Source: Marsupella aquatica
Taxonomy: Eukaryota; Plantae; Marchantiophyta
DNA length: 64,000 nt
NCBI GenBank assembly: GCA_973895155.1
Contig: OZ316893.1
Span: 5,346,171 to 5,410,170 of the forward strand
Direction: 5' to 3'
A program made the position numbers and the translations under genes. Positions 12,224 to 22,682 of this stretch are shown piece after piece (the first letter of the stretch is position 1; every line of letters begins with the position of its first letter). The notes beneath the pieces are model-generated. The model was given only the letters and a program-made list of their open reading frames with translations. It made no database searches and was not told where the DNA came from.

Positions 12224-15163
12224 TCAAAACAACGTGCGTCTGCCTCCAACAGGATGTGACGGTGAGGTGTCACCCAATTTACGCCCAGAAACCAAAGACT
12301 TGGTTTTGTAAACAGACACTGTGGACTCAGACTTAGCCAGTTGAGGGCCCTTACTACCCTGCTGGTCATGAGTGTATAAAGCGTCCACCGTTAGCTGCCA
12401 TCCACACACACCGCCCTGGCTGGTGCCACTACTTTCAGTAGTAGCAACATGTCCATTTACCCAAGGACAGAAATGTCGATGTTGTCTGATAGGGTCGAAC
12501 TCCCCAGTCTCTGTGTCCCAGATCCGGAACTCCTCCAAGCCTCTTCTTGGTCCATTGACCGTGGTACAACCGTGTTGTTCTACTTCGCCCTCAACTGCAG
12601 TGGCTGTGTCCGCCTCCTTAAACTGAGCACCGTCAAACATTATGACCGCCTTCGTTGTGTCTACTGTCTGATCATCACCTTCTTCATGAATCCTCTTTCC
12701 CCGGCTCTTCCCAGACTCACTCTCGATTGTACCTTTGTTCTTCAATCGTCGTCGTTTACCAGACCGGGGTAGCATAACTTCATCGCTATCTCCGCGAGAG
12801 TCACTAGGGCCAGCTTTCTGTTCATCTCCAGCGATAGACTCCCCCATCAAGCCTCTATCTGGGACAAACTCTCCCATTAATCCCTGGTACTCTGTCCCTT
12901 CAGGAACAAATTCTGCATTCGCTGCAGTGATATCAGGCCTGTGTACAGAAAACTCTGCCCCGTTTACTTCACCCTGCATTTCAATCTCATGACTGGCTTG
13001 AGTCCCAGCACTGCCTCCTCCCACCACACTAGCCCCACCAGCAGCCCCGGTTCCTGTGCTAATAACGGCTAAATTTGTCTCCACACCATCATCGTCCACC
13101 TCATCACTCTTGCTGAGGCCAGGTTCAACTTGTAACACGCTTCGTCCACTCCCAGCTTCTCTGTCGATACTTCGTGCAGCCTGTCCTACGGTTTCAGTTC
13201 CTTCCACTTGGTCAATGCCATTGTTCTCTGCACTCAAAGCTGTTTCATGTCCATCGCTGTCTTGAAATCGATTCTCAACACTTTCCATGGAATTCTCCTG
13301 TTTCTGTACGTAATGGGTGTCGATAGCATTCACAGACGAGGAGCAAGGCAGCAAGTCCTGCAACCCATGTCGGGAGATGTGAGCTGAGGGTCCAGCTTCA
13401 GTTGTCCTCCTTCTCTTACGACCATGTCTCACCTCTGGATCCATCTCTGTAGTGGCATTGGGGTTACCAGACGCGAGAGCAACACCTTGTGATAATTGAT
13501 CCACTGCCGAATTTTCAGCACCACGCATTCTATGCAAAGACCTAGCACCTTTGCCAACGCCACCGTCATCTACATCACGGTCTACCACAGTCCCCTCGGC
13601 AGTGCTGTCAGCTGGCACATTCGTATCATTCATGGTGCCGATGGTGCTAGCACCCACCTGCGCCCCGTTGTCATGGTCTCTTGAACCTCGAGACTCATGT
13701 GATGTCACAAAATCTCCCACTTCACTGGCTCCTGGCTGCCCAAACCTTTGTAGAAATCCAGGAATAGGTCCAAAAGCTGGAGGTATCATAGCAGGAGAGC
13801 CCAGCTGAGTTGGTGGAGGACCTCCGGCAATGGTGAGGTTCAAATTCAGCACTCCAGGAGGTGAAGGTCTTCCTGCACGAACGGGAGTTGCTGTAGCATC
13901 ATCCTCTACAGCTTCTTTCGTAGAATGTCCTTTCCTCTTGCTTTCATCCACACCACTAGCTGCGCTGGCTCCACAAATTTGTGCATCGGCTTTACTCGGT
14001 AGTGGTTCTGAAACACGAGCTTGAGCAGTGCTCACAGAGATTTGAGGCCGACGAATAGTAGAGAAGCTCCAAAGGCCAACGCTTGCCTTACACAAGCTAC
14101 AATCCAATACTGCAGAAGCAGGATCTAATACGGCACAATTGGCCTCCATTTTCCCGGCCTCCATATTGTCTTCCCCTTTATCTCCCTTGGAAACTAACAG
14201 TACGCTCGGTCCTGGATCCCGAGACTTCCTGGAAATAACTGCATCACAAGGTTCCCCTAATTGAGTCACTTTGGAAGGCGGAGCTGCACCTTCCACACAG
14301 TCTACAGAGTAAGGCAGAGGACGAGGTTCCCAACCACATAGTGCAATCAGCCTCTGTGCCTGATAGAATCCCTCGTGGCTGTACCCATTCTCAGATCTCT
14401 CGCCCGATTCAGCACCCGTGACCAGTCTCTCGCCTACGTACTCGAATCCACTGCCCATGGGCGGTGTATACTGGGCAAGTAGATTCTCGATCTGAGGCCC
14501 TCTCAAGAGCTTGAATGTCTCCACTGCGCTACCGGAGATTACAGGAAGGGCCGATAGATGAAGAAGCGCCTCGCAACGATCGTGGAAGCCACTGACGAGG
14601 GCTGACGATGGCGATGGAGGGAAGAGGGCAAGGGTTTCAGAGCAAGAATTACCCTTCCATGCACAAAGGGCTTTGTGCCCTGACTCCAGTTGCTCAGCAA
14701 AGATTTCGGCTGGGCTATCGCTCTTATTACTAGTCCTGGACCAGGCAGTTGGAGGAGTGACAAAGCTGAGACGTGCGCCACATCCCTCACACGCTAGTAG
14801 GTCTACATCGACGTTGATCCAACCCCTTCTAGCGCATGCCACCGGCCCTGCCACCTCCGGCTTCCCAAACCATGTCATGGACTTGAACGTTGCCAACCGC
14901 CTGAGAAGGTCTCCACGATCCCACGGCCTGCATTGGGGTTGAGAATTTGGGCTCGGGGTTTGCTGCACAGGCGACTTCCTCTGCTCTCCTCTTAACGCAG
15001 CGACACCAGAGGCGCTGGTCACGGCGTTGGTGTCCCTCACTGGCGATGAAACGCCAGCAGAGCTACCAGCCGGAGTGGCGGGACAAGAAGCAGACGACCT
15101 GGTGGTGGCGAACAATCGACCCATGGCTCGCTCGAATCGCTTTTCTGGATCTTCCGCTGCCAT
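12224..15163 (-). CDS. NIPA/ZC3HC1-like C3HC zinc-finger protein (zf-C3HC plus Rsm1-like), single exon, 979 aa
   Basis: Motifs CRPWDRGDLLRRLATF, CARRGW..V..DLLACEGCG, HKALCAW.GNSC, LIALCGWEPR, LDCSLC and EFDPIRQHRHFCPWV are typical of the plant NIPA-like/ILP1 family. Confidence 0.92.
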   Translation of the reverse strand: MAAEDPEKRFERAMGRLFATTRSSASCPATPAGSSAGVSSPVRDTNAVTSASGVAALRGEQRKSPVQQTPSPNSQPQCRPWDRGDLLRRLATFKSMTWFGKPEVAGPVACARRGWINVDVDLLACEGCGARLSFVTPPTAWSRTSNKSDSPAEIFAEQLESGHKALCAWKGNSCSETLALFPPSPSSALVSGFHDRCEALLHLSALPVISGSAVETFKLLRGPQIENLLAQYTPPMGSGFEYVGERLVTGAESGERSENGYSHEGFYQAQRLIALCGWEPRPLPYSVDCVEGAAPPSKVTQLGEPCDAVISRKSRDPGPSVLLVSKGDKGEDNMEAGKMEANCAVLDPASAVLDCSLCKASVGLWSFSTIRRPQISVSTAQARVSEPLPSKADAQICGASAASGVDESKRKGHSTKEAVEDDATATPVRAGRPSPPGVLNLNLTIAGGPPPTQLGSPAMIPPAFGPIPGFLQRFGQPGASEVGDFVTSHESRGSRDHDNGAQVGASTIGTMNDTNVPADSTAEGTVVDRDVDDGGVGKGARSLHRMRGAENSAVDQLSQGVALASGNPNATTEMDPEVRHGRKRRRTTEAGPSAHISRHGLQDLLPCSSSVNAIDTHYVQKQENSMESVENRFQDSDGHETALSAENNGIDQVEGTETVGQAARSIDREAGSGRSVLQVEPGLSKSDEVDDDGVETNLAVISTGTGAAGGASVVGGGSAGTQASHEIEMQGEVNGAEFSVHRPDITAANAEFVPEGTEYQGLMGEFVPDRGLMGESIAGDEQKAGPSDSRGDSDEVMLPRSGKRRRLKNKGTIESESGKSRGKRIHEEGDDQTVDTTKAVIMFDGAQFKEADTATAVEGEVEQHGCTTVNGPRRGLEEFRIWDTETGEFDPIRQHRHFCPWVNGHVATTESSGTSQGGVCGWQLTVDALYTHDQQGSKGPQLAKSESTVSVYKTKSLVSGRKLGDTSPSHPVGGRRTLF

Positions 15164-15273
15164 TCTCGTGCCTTCCTGCCCCTGCCCCTGTATCTGTCTC
15201 TGTATCTATATCACCCCTAGCTCCAGAATCGGATGTGACTCGAAATCAACTGTCAATCAGAGATCTCCTCACA

Positions 15274-15281
15274 AAACCCTA
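15274..15281. promoter_or_regulatory. Telo-box (AAACCCTA) near the 5' end of the C3HC gene
   Basis: Exact AAACCCTA about 110 bp upstream of the ATG. Function is inferred only. Confidence 0.35.
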
Positions 15282-15619
15282 GAATTAGAATCCACCACTT
15301 CTCGAAATCCCCCGACTTGAAACTGCTACATGTTCTATCCGTCTCTAATTCATGGTCGTAAAATAGAGCATGAAGCAGTCCATCGACGCCCGGCTTCTTG
15401 TCCAAGGCCCCGACAAATTCCGTCACTTCTTCGCACAACTGCGAGGTTCTCTCATAGCCAGTGATGAGAAGGAAAACACATTGAACTGCTCACATACACA
15501 CTGGAAGGACGCGAGGATCAAAACCTGTGGGATAGATCGAACCCCCCACGGAGAATGGAAACCCCTCGATCGAGATGCAATACATACAATACACTTATTA
15601 TGGGGGCTTTTAATTAAAG

Positions 15620-15928
15620 AAGGTGGGGGTACAATACACTTGCATCTTTTAAAGAAGGTGGGGGCTGTCATATATCACACTGCCAAAGGGCAGTGTGGAT
15701 CACTACAAAGGCCTCAAACCTGCAACCTGGTCAGGGTGGGGGTACAATACACTTAGGGGACGGTGGGGGCAGTCATATATCATACTGCCAAAGGACAAAG
15801 GTGCCAAACCTGGAACATGGTCAGGGTGGGGGTACAATAGACAGTGGGGGGGGTGGGGGGGGACAGTGGGGGCAGTCATATATCATACTGCCAAAGGACA
15901 AAGGTGTCAAACCTGTAGACATGGTCCT
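15620..15928. repeat. Three imperfect ~100-bp G-rich tandem units
   Basis: Recurrent GGTGGGGGTACAATA and GGCAGTCATATATCATACTGCCAAAGG (copies near 15663, 15768, 15871). Confidence 0.85.
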
Positions 15929-17635
15929 CTGACTCAAAACTCAATAAAGGGGGCAAAGGGGAGAAGACCCCAAGGACACCAAGCTCACGAGCCTAAGCCA
16001 CAAACCAGGGACAAAGCCTACAAAGAAAAGAGAAGACAAAAACCCTATTGGGCTGAAAACTGAATTGCATGGTAGAGCTCTGGAGATAAACCATATGGGA
16101 GTGTCACGCACAAGAATTTGTCTAGAGGCCCTAAAACCTACACCCTCTGAAGTGCAATGGCAATTCAATGTATCTCTATTGAAAGCAAAAGTAACAGAGG
16201 GCTAGTTGCACACACTAAACTTAAAATGTGCCAAATGTGTCAGGTATGGAATATCATAAATGCAAAGACCCTCAATAGAAATGGTCACTTGGTCCATTCT
16301 TTTACACACAACCTGTCTGGTAGATGTATTATTTGTCTGGACAGTGTCCAAACAATTCCTCAGTTATTCTACTGGTGTCTCCATGCTCGGGATTGTTGGT
16401 AGCTTTGTCATTCTTTGGGACAGGGAGATTTTGTGATTTTGGTACAAGCCTGATGGATGCTGTTGTAGCAACAGCTGGTAAGGGTCATATGGAGACCACG
16501 AGGATGAGGATGTTCTTTTTATACCAACTGTTTTTGGGCACTCTGGAACGGAAGAAATGAGCATACTTCCATGAGAAAGATCAACCTAAATTTGATCTCG
16601 GCAGTGCTTTTTTGAAAACAGCTAATAATCTGCAAGCAGGTAGCCTTCGATTCCCGCCAAGAAGGAAATGTTAGAGGTTGATGAAAGCAAAAGGGTGCAT
16701 TGATACGGCATGGACTAGGTGTATTATTGGTCGAGCGGGTATGAGAATCTCGTCTCTTCAAGGTTGAGCTCGGCTACAGAAATATGGCCCTTGTCTGGCT
16801 TCTCATGGGGACTTATGGCCCTGGTCGTGCTCTCCCTTTAGGATTCAAGTAGGAAGGACAGACAGCTGGCCTTTTTGCTTATTAGGTAATGGTCCAGCTT
16901 GGTGCAACATTGAGGGCTTCTGGCATATTCGCCTTGTGGGTCGTTCTTCTGGTCTTTGGGGATTCCAAAACTAAGGTACTTTTGTTTTCAGGCAATGTTG
17001 GGCCTTATTGGGTTTTACTGTCAGTCATGTTAGGGAGTTTCTTTTGGTCTGAAATAATTCTGTCCCTCCATGCTTGCCCCCTGCGGGATATTTGTGGGGT
17101 TCATAAAATTTATAGACAAATTCCAAGAAAGAGGAGGTCTGAGGTTTTGACAAAAAAAACACGCACACATCAGGAAATAATGGGACTCAGAAGGAGCCCA
17201 CTGGCAGATTACTAGAATGGGCAATGGTTTTGCCTTATTGTGCCCCCAAGTTCATTCAAAGTGAAGTGTGGCCTATCCCCGCATTTGAATGGCTAGGATT
17301 GCATCTCACAAATATTTGAACCAATTTCTTGTAGAGAACTATGTGATCTGGCTGTAGCATGAGAGCAAACAGAATTTTTTTTCTTTTGGACAAAAACACT
17401 AAGTTACATACACCCAGTAAACTTAGCTAGCCAAAGCTCGGTTCAAATAATTATGCTAATTTTTGTGTAATTTTCAGTAAATCCTAATTTGGGGACTTCT
17501 TGTATGGTCAGTTTTAGTAAACCCCAATTTTGGAACACCTCTTTGGTGTAGATAACTCGCTAGCCATGTTGAGTCTTAAGAATGAAAAAGTCAGTCAAAA
17601 TAAAACACGTTGAGAACCAAGACAGTCTATGACTA

Positions 17636-17788
17636 TGTTAAGGATGGCTCTTAGTCTTGTGACTCAAAGGTTACGGCAATTAGGTTAACCTCAGTTAGGG
17701 ACTTAGTTGAGGTTAGGTTAGTCGTGTGTGACCTTACATATACCAGGGCTAGACGTGTAAGTCGTTGGTATATGATGTTTGCTCATTG

Positions 17789-17851
<63 letters not shown>

Positions 17852-17992
17852 CAACTTTTGAAGTAAAACTTTTCATGTTTGTGTGGACGTAGCCTTGGAG
17901 AAGAGATGGACCACGTATGGATTGTGTCAACTATGTGAGCATAGTATGAGTCATGATTGTATCGTCGTGAAGGAAGATGTCATAGTTGAACA
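17636..17992 (+). mobile_element. Solo LTR (357 bp) with 5-bp target-site duplication GACTA
   Basis: Begins TGTTA and ends GAACA; GACTA at 17631-17635 and 17993-17997. Contains GTGGACGTAGCC...ACCACGT, a motif common in plant LTRs. Confidence 0.8.
17793..17848. repeat. (GA)n microsatellite, ~28 units, inside the solo LTR
   Basis: Uninterrupted GA run. Confidence 0.97.
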
Positions 17993-19417
17993 GACTAGTT
18001 AAAAAAATTCTCGTTGCCAGCAAAATTCCTGCGTCAATAATACCTCATTTGTGAGAAGATAACAAATTAGACAAAAACAAATGTGGTAAACATTGGCGTT
18101 TGAATGTTTTAGTTGGGATCACCCTCACTCTCATTATAGATGAACCAGCACTGTCTTATTGGTAGAGAGGAACCCACCGTTGTGTTTGGTCATGGGAGTC
18201 TAGAGTTGTGCTGATGATTCAGACCTTATACTGGGACATCATTCTAGAGGACTGCCAAACTTTAAGGTTCTGCAGAAGCTCTAAGTGGTTCAACAGTAAG
18301 TTTGAATTTGAGCATACTAGTAGAACATAATACTGTGACCAGACCAAGATAACTAGTGTGACCAAGAAAAGTGGTATAACTCTAGAATGACTCATGAATT
18401 GGATTCAGTCTGGTTATCAGTTTGTATAGTGGTTGAATGAGTTAAATTTGACCACAGTAGGGGTCTGCTATTAGGGTCACTTGACCCCAGTTTGTCTCTG
18501 TTCAGAGTCAAGGCACTCTCCCACTTGTTAAGGAATGTCAAAATTTCCTCCTTCCATAAGGTTAACTTTGCCATTCAAAGGCCGAGACATGTTTTTGGGT
18601 GTGCTTTGAAATGTTTTATTCTATTAGAATGCTGGTTTTATCAGATTGGGTTCTACACTTTGAATCTTTTGTGGCAGCCCAAAGAAGTCTGGTCACACTT
18701 CCTGTTTGGTCCGGCAAAGTGTGTTTAGTGTGGCCCTATTTATTTGCCTGGGCCCAACACATTGTGTATTTCTTACATATTGGAAAGTTGGGGTTCTAGA
18801 GGCCACAGGCCAGATGTTTAGGACCATCTAGTGATGACTGTATCTCTTTGTTTTCTAGGCTTGTACTTACTCATTGATGGCTAGCCATCTAAACAGAAAC
18901 TTTGATCATTACTAGAGGTTACTATCATCACCTTTCAGCAAAGCTAATCAACTATGTTGTGTCAGTGGAGAACTGGGTTGAGGGTGGACTGATTCAAGGC
19001 AATAATAGGGCCAAAAAAGATCCTGGACTCAAAGTACCAGATTCAGACTTTGGTCAATACAAGTGGTAGGACAAGCTTTTGCAAGTCCACCACTTTAGTA
19101 ATGAACCTCAATGCCCATTATTTGAATATTAATAATGTAGTGGTGATAAAAATCATCATGCATGCCATAATTTCAACATACCTTTTTTCTTTTCTTTTTT
19201 TTCAACATACCTAATCTACCATTCTTCTTTCAATGCACATTAATTTTGGTGGGGCCTACAGTAGCTCTCTAGAAGCCTAAGCCCCAACTCTACCTTTTTT
19301 TTGCAATCTTTAAGAAGATTTCAGACTTTGGCACAAGTTATAGGACAAACTTGGGCCAAGTTCAAATCCTAGACCCCAACTTCTCTTCGCAATTTATAAA
19401 TGAGATATCATACTTCG

Positions 19418-19499
19418 GTCACAACTCACAAGTGATAGGACAAAGCCACAAGTGATATCACAACTCACAAGTGATGGGACAAGCCACAAGTGATAGGAC
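19418..19499. repeat. Tandem duplication of ~39 bp
   Basis: TCACAACTCACAAGTGAT(A/G)GGACAA(A)GCCACAAGTGATA occurs twice. Confidence 0.8.
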
Positions 19500-20092
19500 T
19501 AGTGATTTATCCAAGAAAACGATTTGAGGCCTGTAATAAATGCTAAGATTTAGCTGAACTGGACGTACAGCATACGACGACCATATTTTCTTTGATGTAC
19601 GAAGTATTGCCAGAATCTGAGATCTTATTACTGTCAGTTGGTCAGAGTCGTTAGTTAATTAAATAGCGGTCTTACAGTCATGTAAGGACTCTAATCGCCA
19701 TGCGTGCTTGCTTCATGATTGTGTACTCCATGCATTGATTAATTCCGACTGGAATATGCATTACCTTAGTTGCGCTAAGCTCCGTTACGAGATTGACTGT
19801 GATTAATATCACGGTGCACAATGGAGAGATGAGAGATCGGACCCTTGGCCTCAGGGTAGCTCGGATCTTCCACAACTGGGAGAAAGTAATAATGACATTC
19901 ATTCGGCGGCCAACGGACACAGGTTCCATGTGAGAATATGTTGAACAGGTAGGCAAAAAAAGGACGGGGTTGTTTGGGGCTTCCCTGCTTGATTTGCTAT
20001 GAAAGTGTGAATGATGTGATTGTACTTCGCTTCAAAATTGAGAGGGAAAGTTTGAAGTCTGTCACACGTCTCTTTGTAGCAGGTGGTAAGCG

Positions 20093-20228
20093 GGTGAATG
20101 GTTCAATCTCCATTGGATGCAACATGTAGAGTACGTCCCTTGATCGTTCAAAACTGAGTGGTGAATGGTTCAATCTCCTGTGGATGCAACATGTAGAGTA
20201 CGTCCCTTGATCGTTCGTAACTTAGTGT
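20093..20228. repeat. Tandem duplication of 67 bp
   Basis: GGTGAATGGTTCAATCTCC..TGGATGCAACATGTAGAGTACGTCCCTTGATCGTTC at 20093 and 20160. Confidence 0.9.
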
Positions 20229-21075
20229 TGTACCAAAAGGACGGATGGCGTTGGTACCTGGCTGGGTGCCAAAAGTGTACATGGCACAATTCTCGTGTAT
20301 GCTGCCAAGCTCTCAACAAGCAGTACGTTCTGAGAGCAATGGACGGAAGACAATCTCAGAAAAGAGTGAGCGTACGTTCTTCAGCCTTCGTGCATCACAC
20401 CAATAGTCCTTTTGTAACATCAACTCTCTCGTAGCACAATCTGACCAACGTCGATTGTACATTCAGACCATGCAAACTAGAATCGAGTGTTCTTCAAAGG
20501 TTGCAAGGACGACAAGGTAAGGGTCGGGGCACTCCCATACATAGCAACACAATCCAGAACAATACAAGTGAGCAGGTCAATGCGATCTCGAGCTTAGAAA
20601 TTTATCAACCTGCCTGAAGTTGATTTTGCGGATTTTATTAGGATTGCACTATACATATACAACGCCTGCCTTACATACTTATGCCATCTCTCTGTCCGGC
20701 ATTGAGTGCTTTGCACTCAGCAGCACCCAGCTTACAAGAATCTTTAACACCGTCGTCTCGGCAAGCTAGCTTTCGCGAACGGTGCACCAGACGATCGGTG
20801 AAACAAAGCATTCAGTACAAATATATCCTTCGACATCTGATTCCTAGCAAAATATGTATCCGCAGCTCATGGAAAGGCACACGTGCTATAAGTTATCACA
20901 CTCTAGCAACACCCATGTCACGTGGTCTCTTGAATATAAGAGAACACGGAGTACATGACCAAAACACCTTCACTCCGGGTAACAGTACTGATCACACAAA
21001 ACATGAAAAACCACATCATATACAACGCATTTGACCTGTGTTCGCTTAAGGAATTGAAGCCCGATGGCGACTAGC

Positions 21076-22682
21076 TTAAAAGCAGGAGTTATATTGGTCC
21101 TTGTATGCACTGACATTGGCTTCTTCGAACGAGGCAGCCTGCTCCGCAGCTGCCTTAGAGGAGCTCAGGGCTTTGGCGAAAGATTCGATCACGTCCACAT
21201 GCGAGAACTGGTAGTGAGACCGGCTGTAGGAGTTCAGAATGGCAGTGCATGCGGAGCGGAGCAAAGTGCTGTATCCATCGGGACGAGTGTTCAGCAGTGC
21301 TTGAAGTAAGGTCGTCTTCCCGAACACTTTGGCCGCAGGTGTTCCGAGCGCATCACCGACTGTCGTCTTCACGGTGAAGAACGCTGGCCACCTCTGGGTG
21401 TTGGAAATCCAGAACCTGCAAATCATCCAAAAGGAATTGAGTTCCCTACCCCACGCTTGAATTAAAGCTGTGGATTTCACCTTGAATCTATGGCCAGAAT
21501 CATCAGAAAGACATTGCCAAGGATGCAAAGGCACGCAGGGGGGCACGCATAGCAATCAACACCGTTACCCACATTCCTTTGAATTAAAGAGTTCCAAATT
21601 CCTAAAATGAGTTACGCATACTAAACTCGCTGATATCAAAGTAAATGTTAATGAATCAACGAACCTGCAATTATTCTAGACAGTTCGGTGTCAAGCTAAA
21701 AGAGAAACGTGATGAGAATTCTGATCAAACTAATGCAGACAGGAATTGCATCGGCCGGACGTAACACCGTTTTAGTGGAAGGTGAGGATAGAAAACTAAT
21801 AGCAAGGGAACCAAGCACCCAATAACTACACCAACCCAATGCACGACCAAGGACTCGAGATACGCCTTTTCAACAGCAAAAGCCAACTAGGCTGGAGAAG
21901 ACGGACACAGCATCCAGTGGAAATTGATCGTCGACGGATAATAACACTTACTGGGTGGGGCATCCGCCACTGGTCATCTCGTATGGAACGTTGCCGCTGT
22001 ACTGAGGGAATCCATTTTGCGAATACTGCTGATGCTGAGACGTTGCAGAGTTTTGAGCATCATTGGAGGGGTGATTGTTCTGTGAGTAATAGAACCGATG
22101 GTCCATGGATTCAGTCGGATAGCCCAAGGGGTATCGTGTTGCCATGTTAGGAACACTCGGAATAGTTGGAATGGACTTGGAGTCTCCAAACGGAAGAGTT
22201 GGGAGTGGCTCCTGCGTATCGAGCTGCGGATTTCTGCCCTGGACATGACTACCATACTTGGGGTTGAACCACCATGGCCTGGCGTCAGGCCTGAAATCGC
22301 CCTGGACGGGTGTTGTGCCCCTGTGGGTTCGCTGCTGTTGCTGCTCGTAAGGGATGTTAACGAAGGTGGCTGAAGACTGGGCTCTAGCACTCTCTGGATC
22401 CTGCACAGCGCTGGGGTCTGTGCTCACTTGTGCCTGCTGAGGCTCCGAGAGAGTGGATTGCGCAGTTTTCTCGGAGCGGTTGTTGTCGACATCTTCCAGA
22501 GGCTCGGCCACCACAGCTGCTGCTTTATCACCGACTATTATCGTCGGCTTGGTCGTCGACCCGTCGTCATAGGTGCTCTGAGAAAACAGTTCGTGCGTCC
22601 TCCCAGCTTCCGCAGAGCTAATCAGCGCCAAACAAACGACGATCAGCGCCAATGCGGCAGCGCACACGCCTCCCCTCATCAT
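21076..22682 (-). CDS. Protodermal factor 1 / Meiosis-5-like secreted protein (2 exons: 22682-21952, 21415-21076; ~356 aa)
   Basis: Signal peptide MMRGGVCAAALALIVVCLALISSAEA. The phase-2 intron joins GGCPTQ-FWISNTQRWP. C-terminal domain TVGDALG..TTLLQALLNTRPDGYSTLLRSACTAILNSY...ALSSSKAAAEQAASFEEAN is characteristic of PDF1. Confidence 0.85.

Noticed and set aside
12372-15320. Many plus-strand ORFs over the C3HC gene, and similar ones over PDV2, the PDF1-like gene and TTI1
   Set aside because: Antisense or alternate-frame shadows of real coding sequence.
15620-15928. CRISPR-like array (palindromic repeat in three copies)
   Set aside because: The intervening sequences are related to each other rather than unique spacers, there are no cas genes, and the context is eukaryotic.
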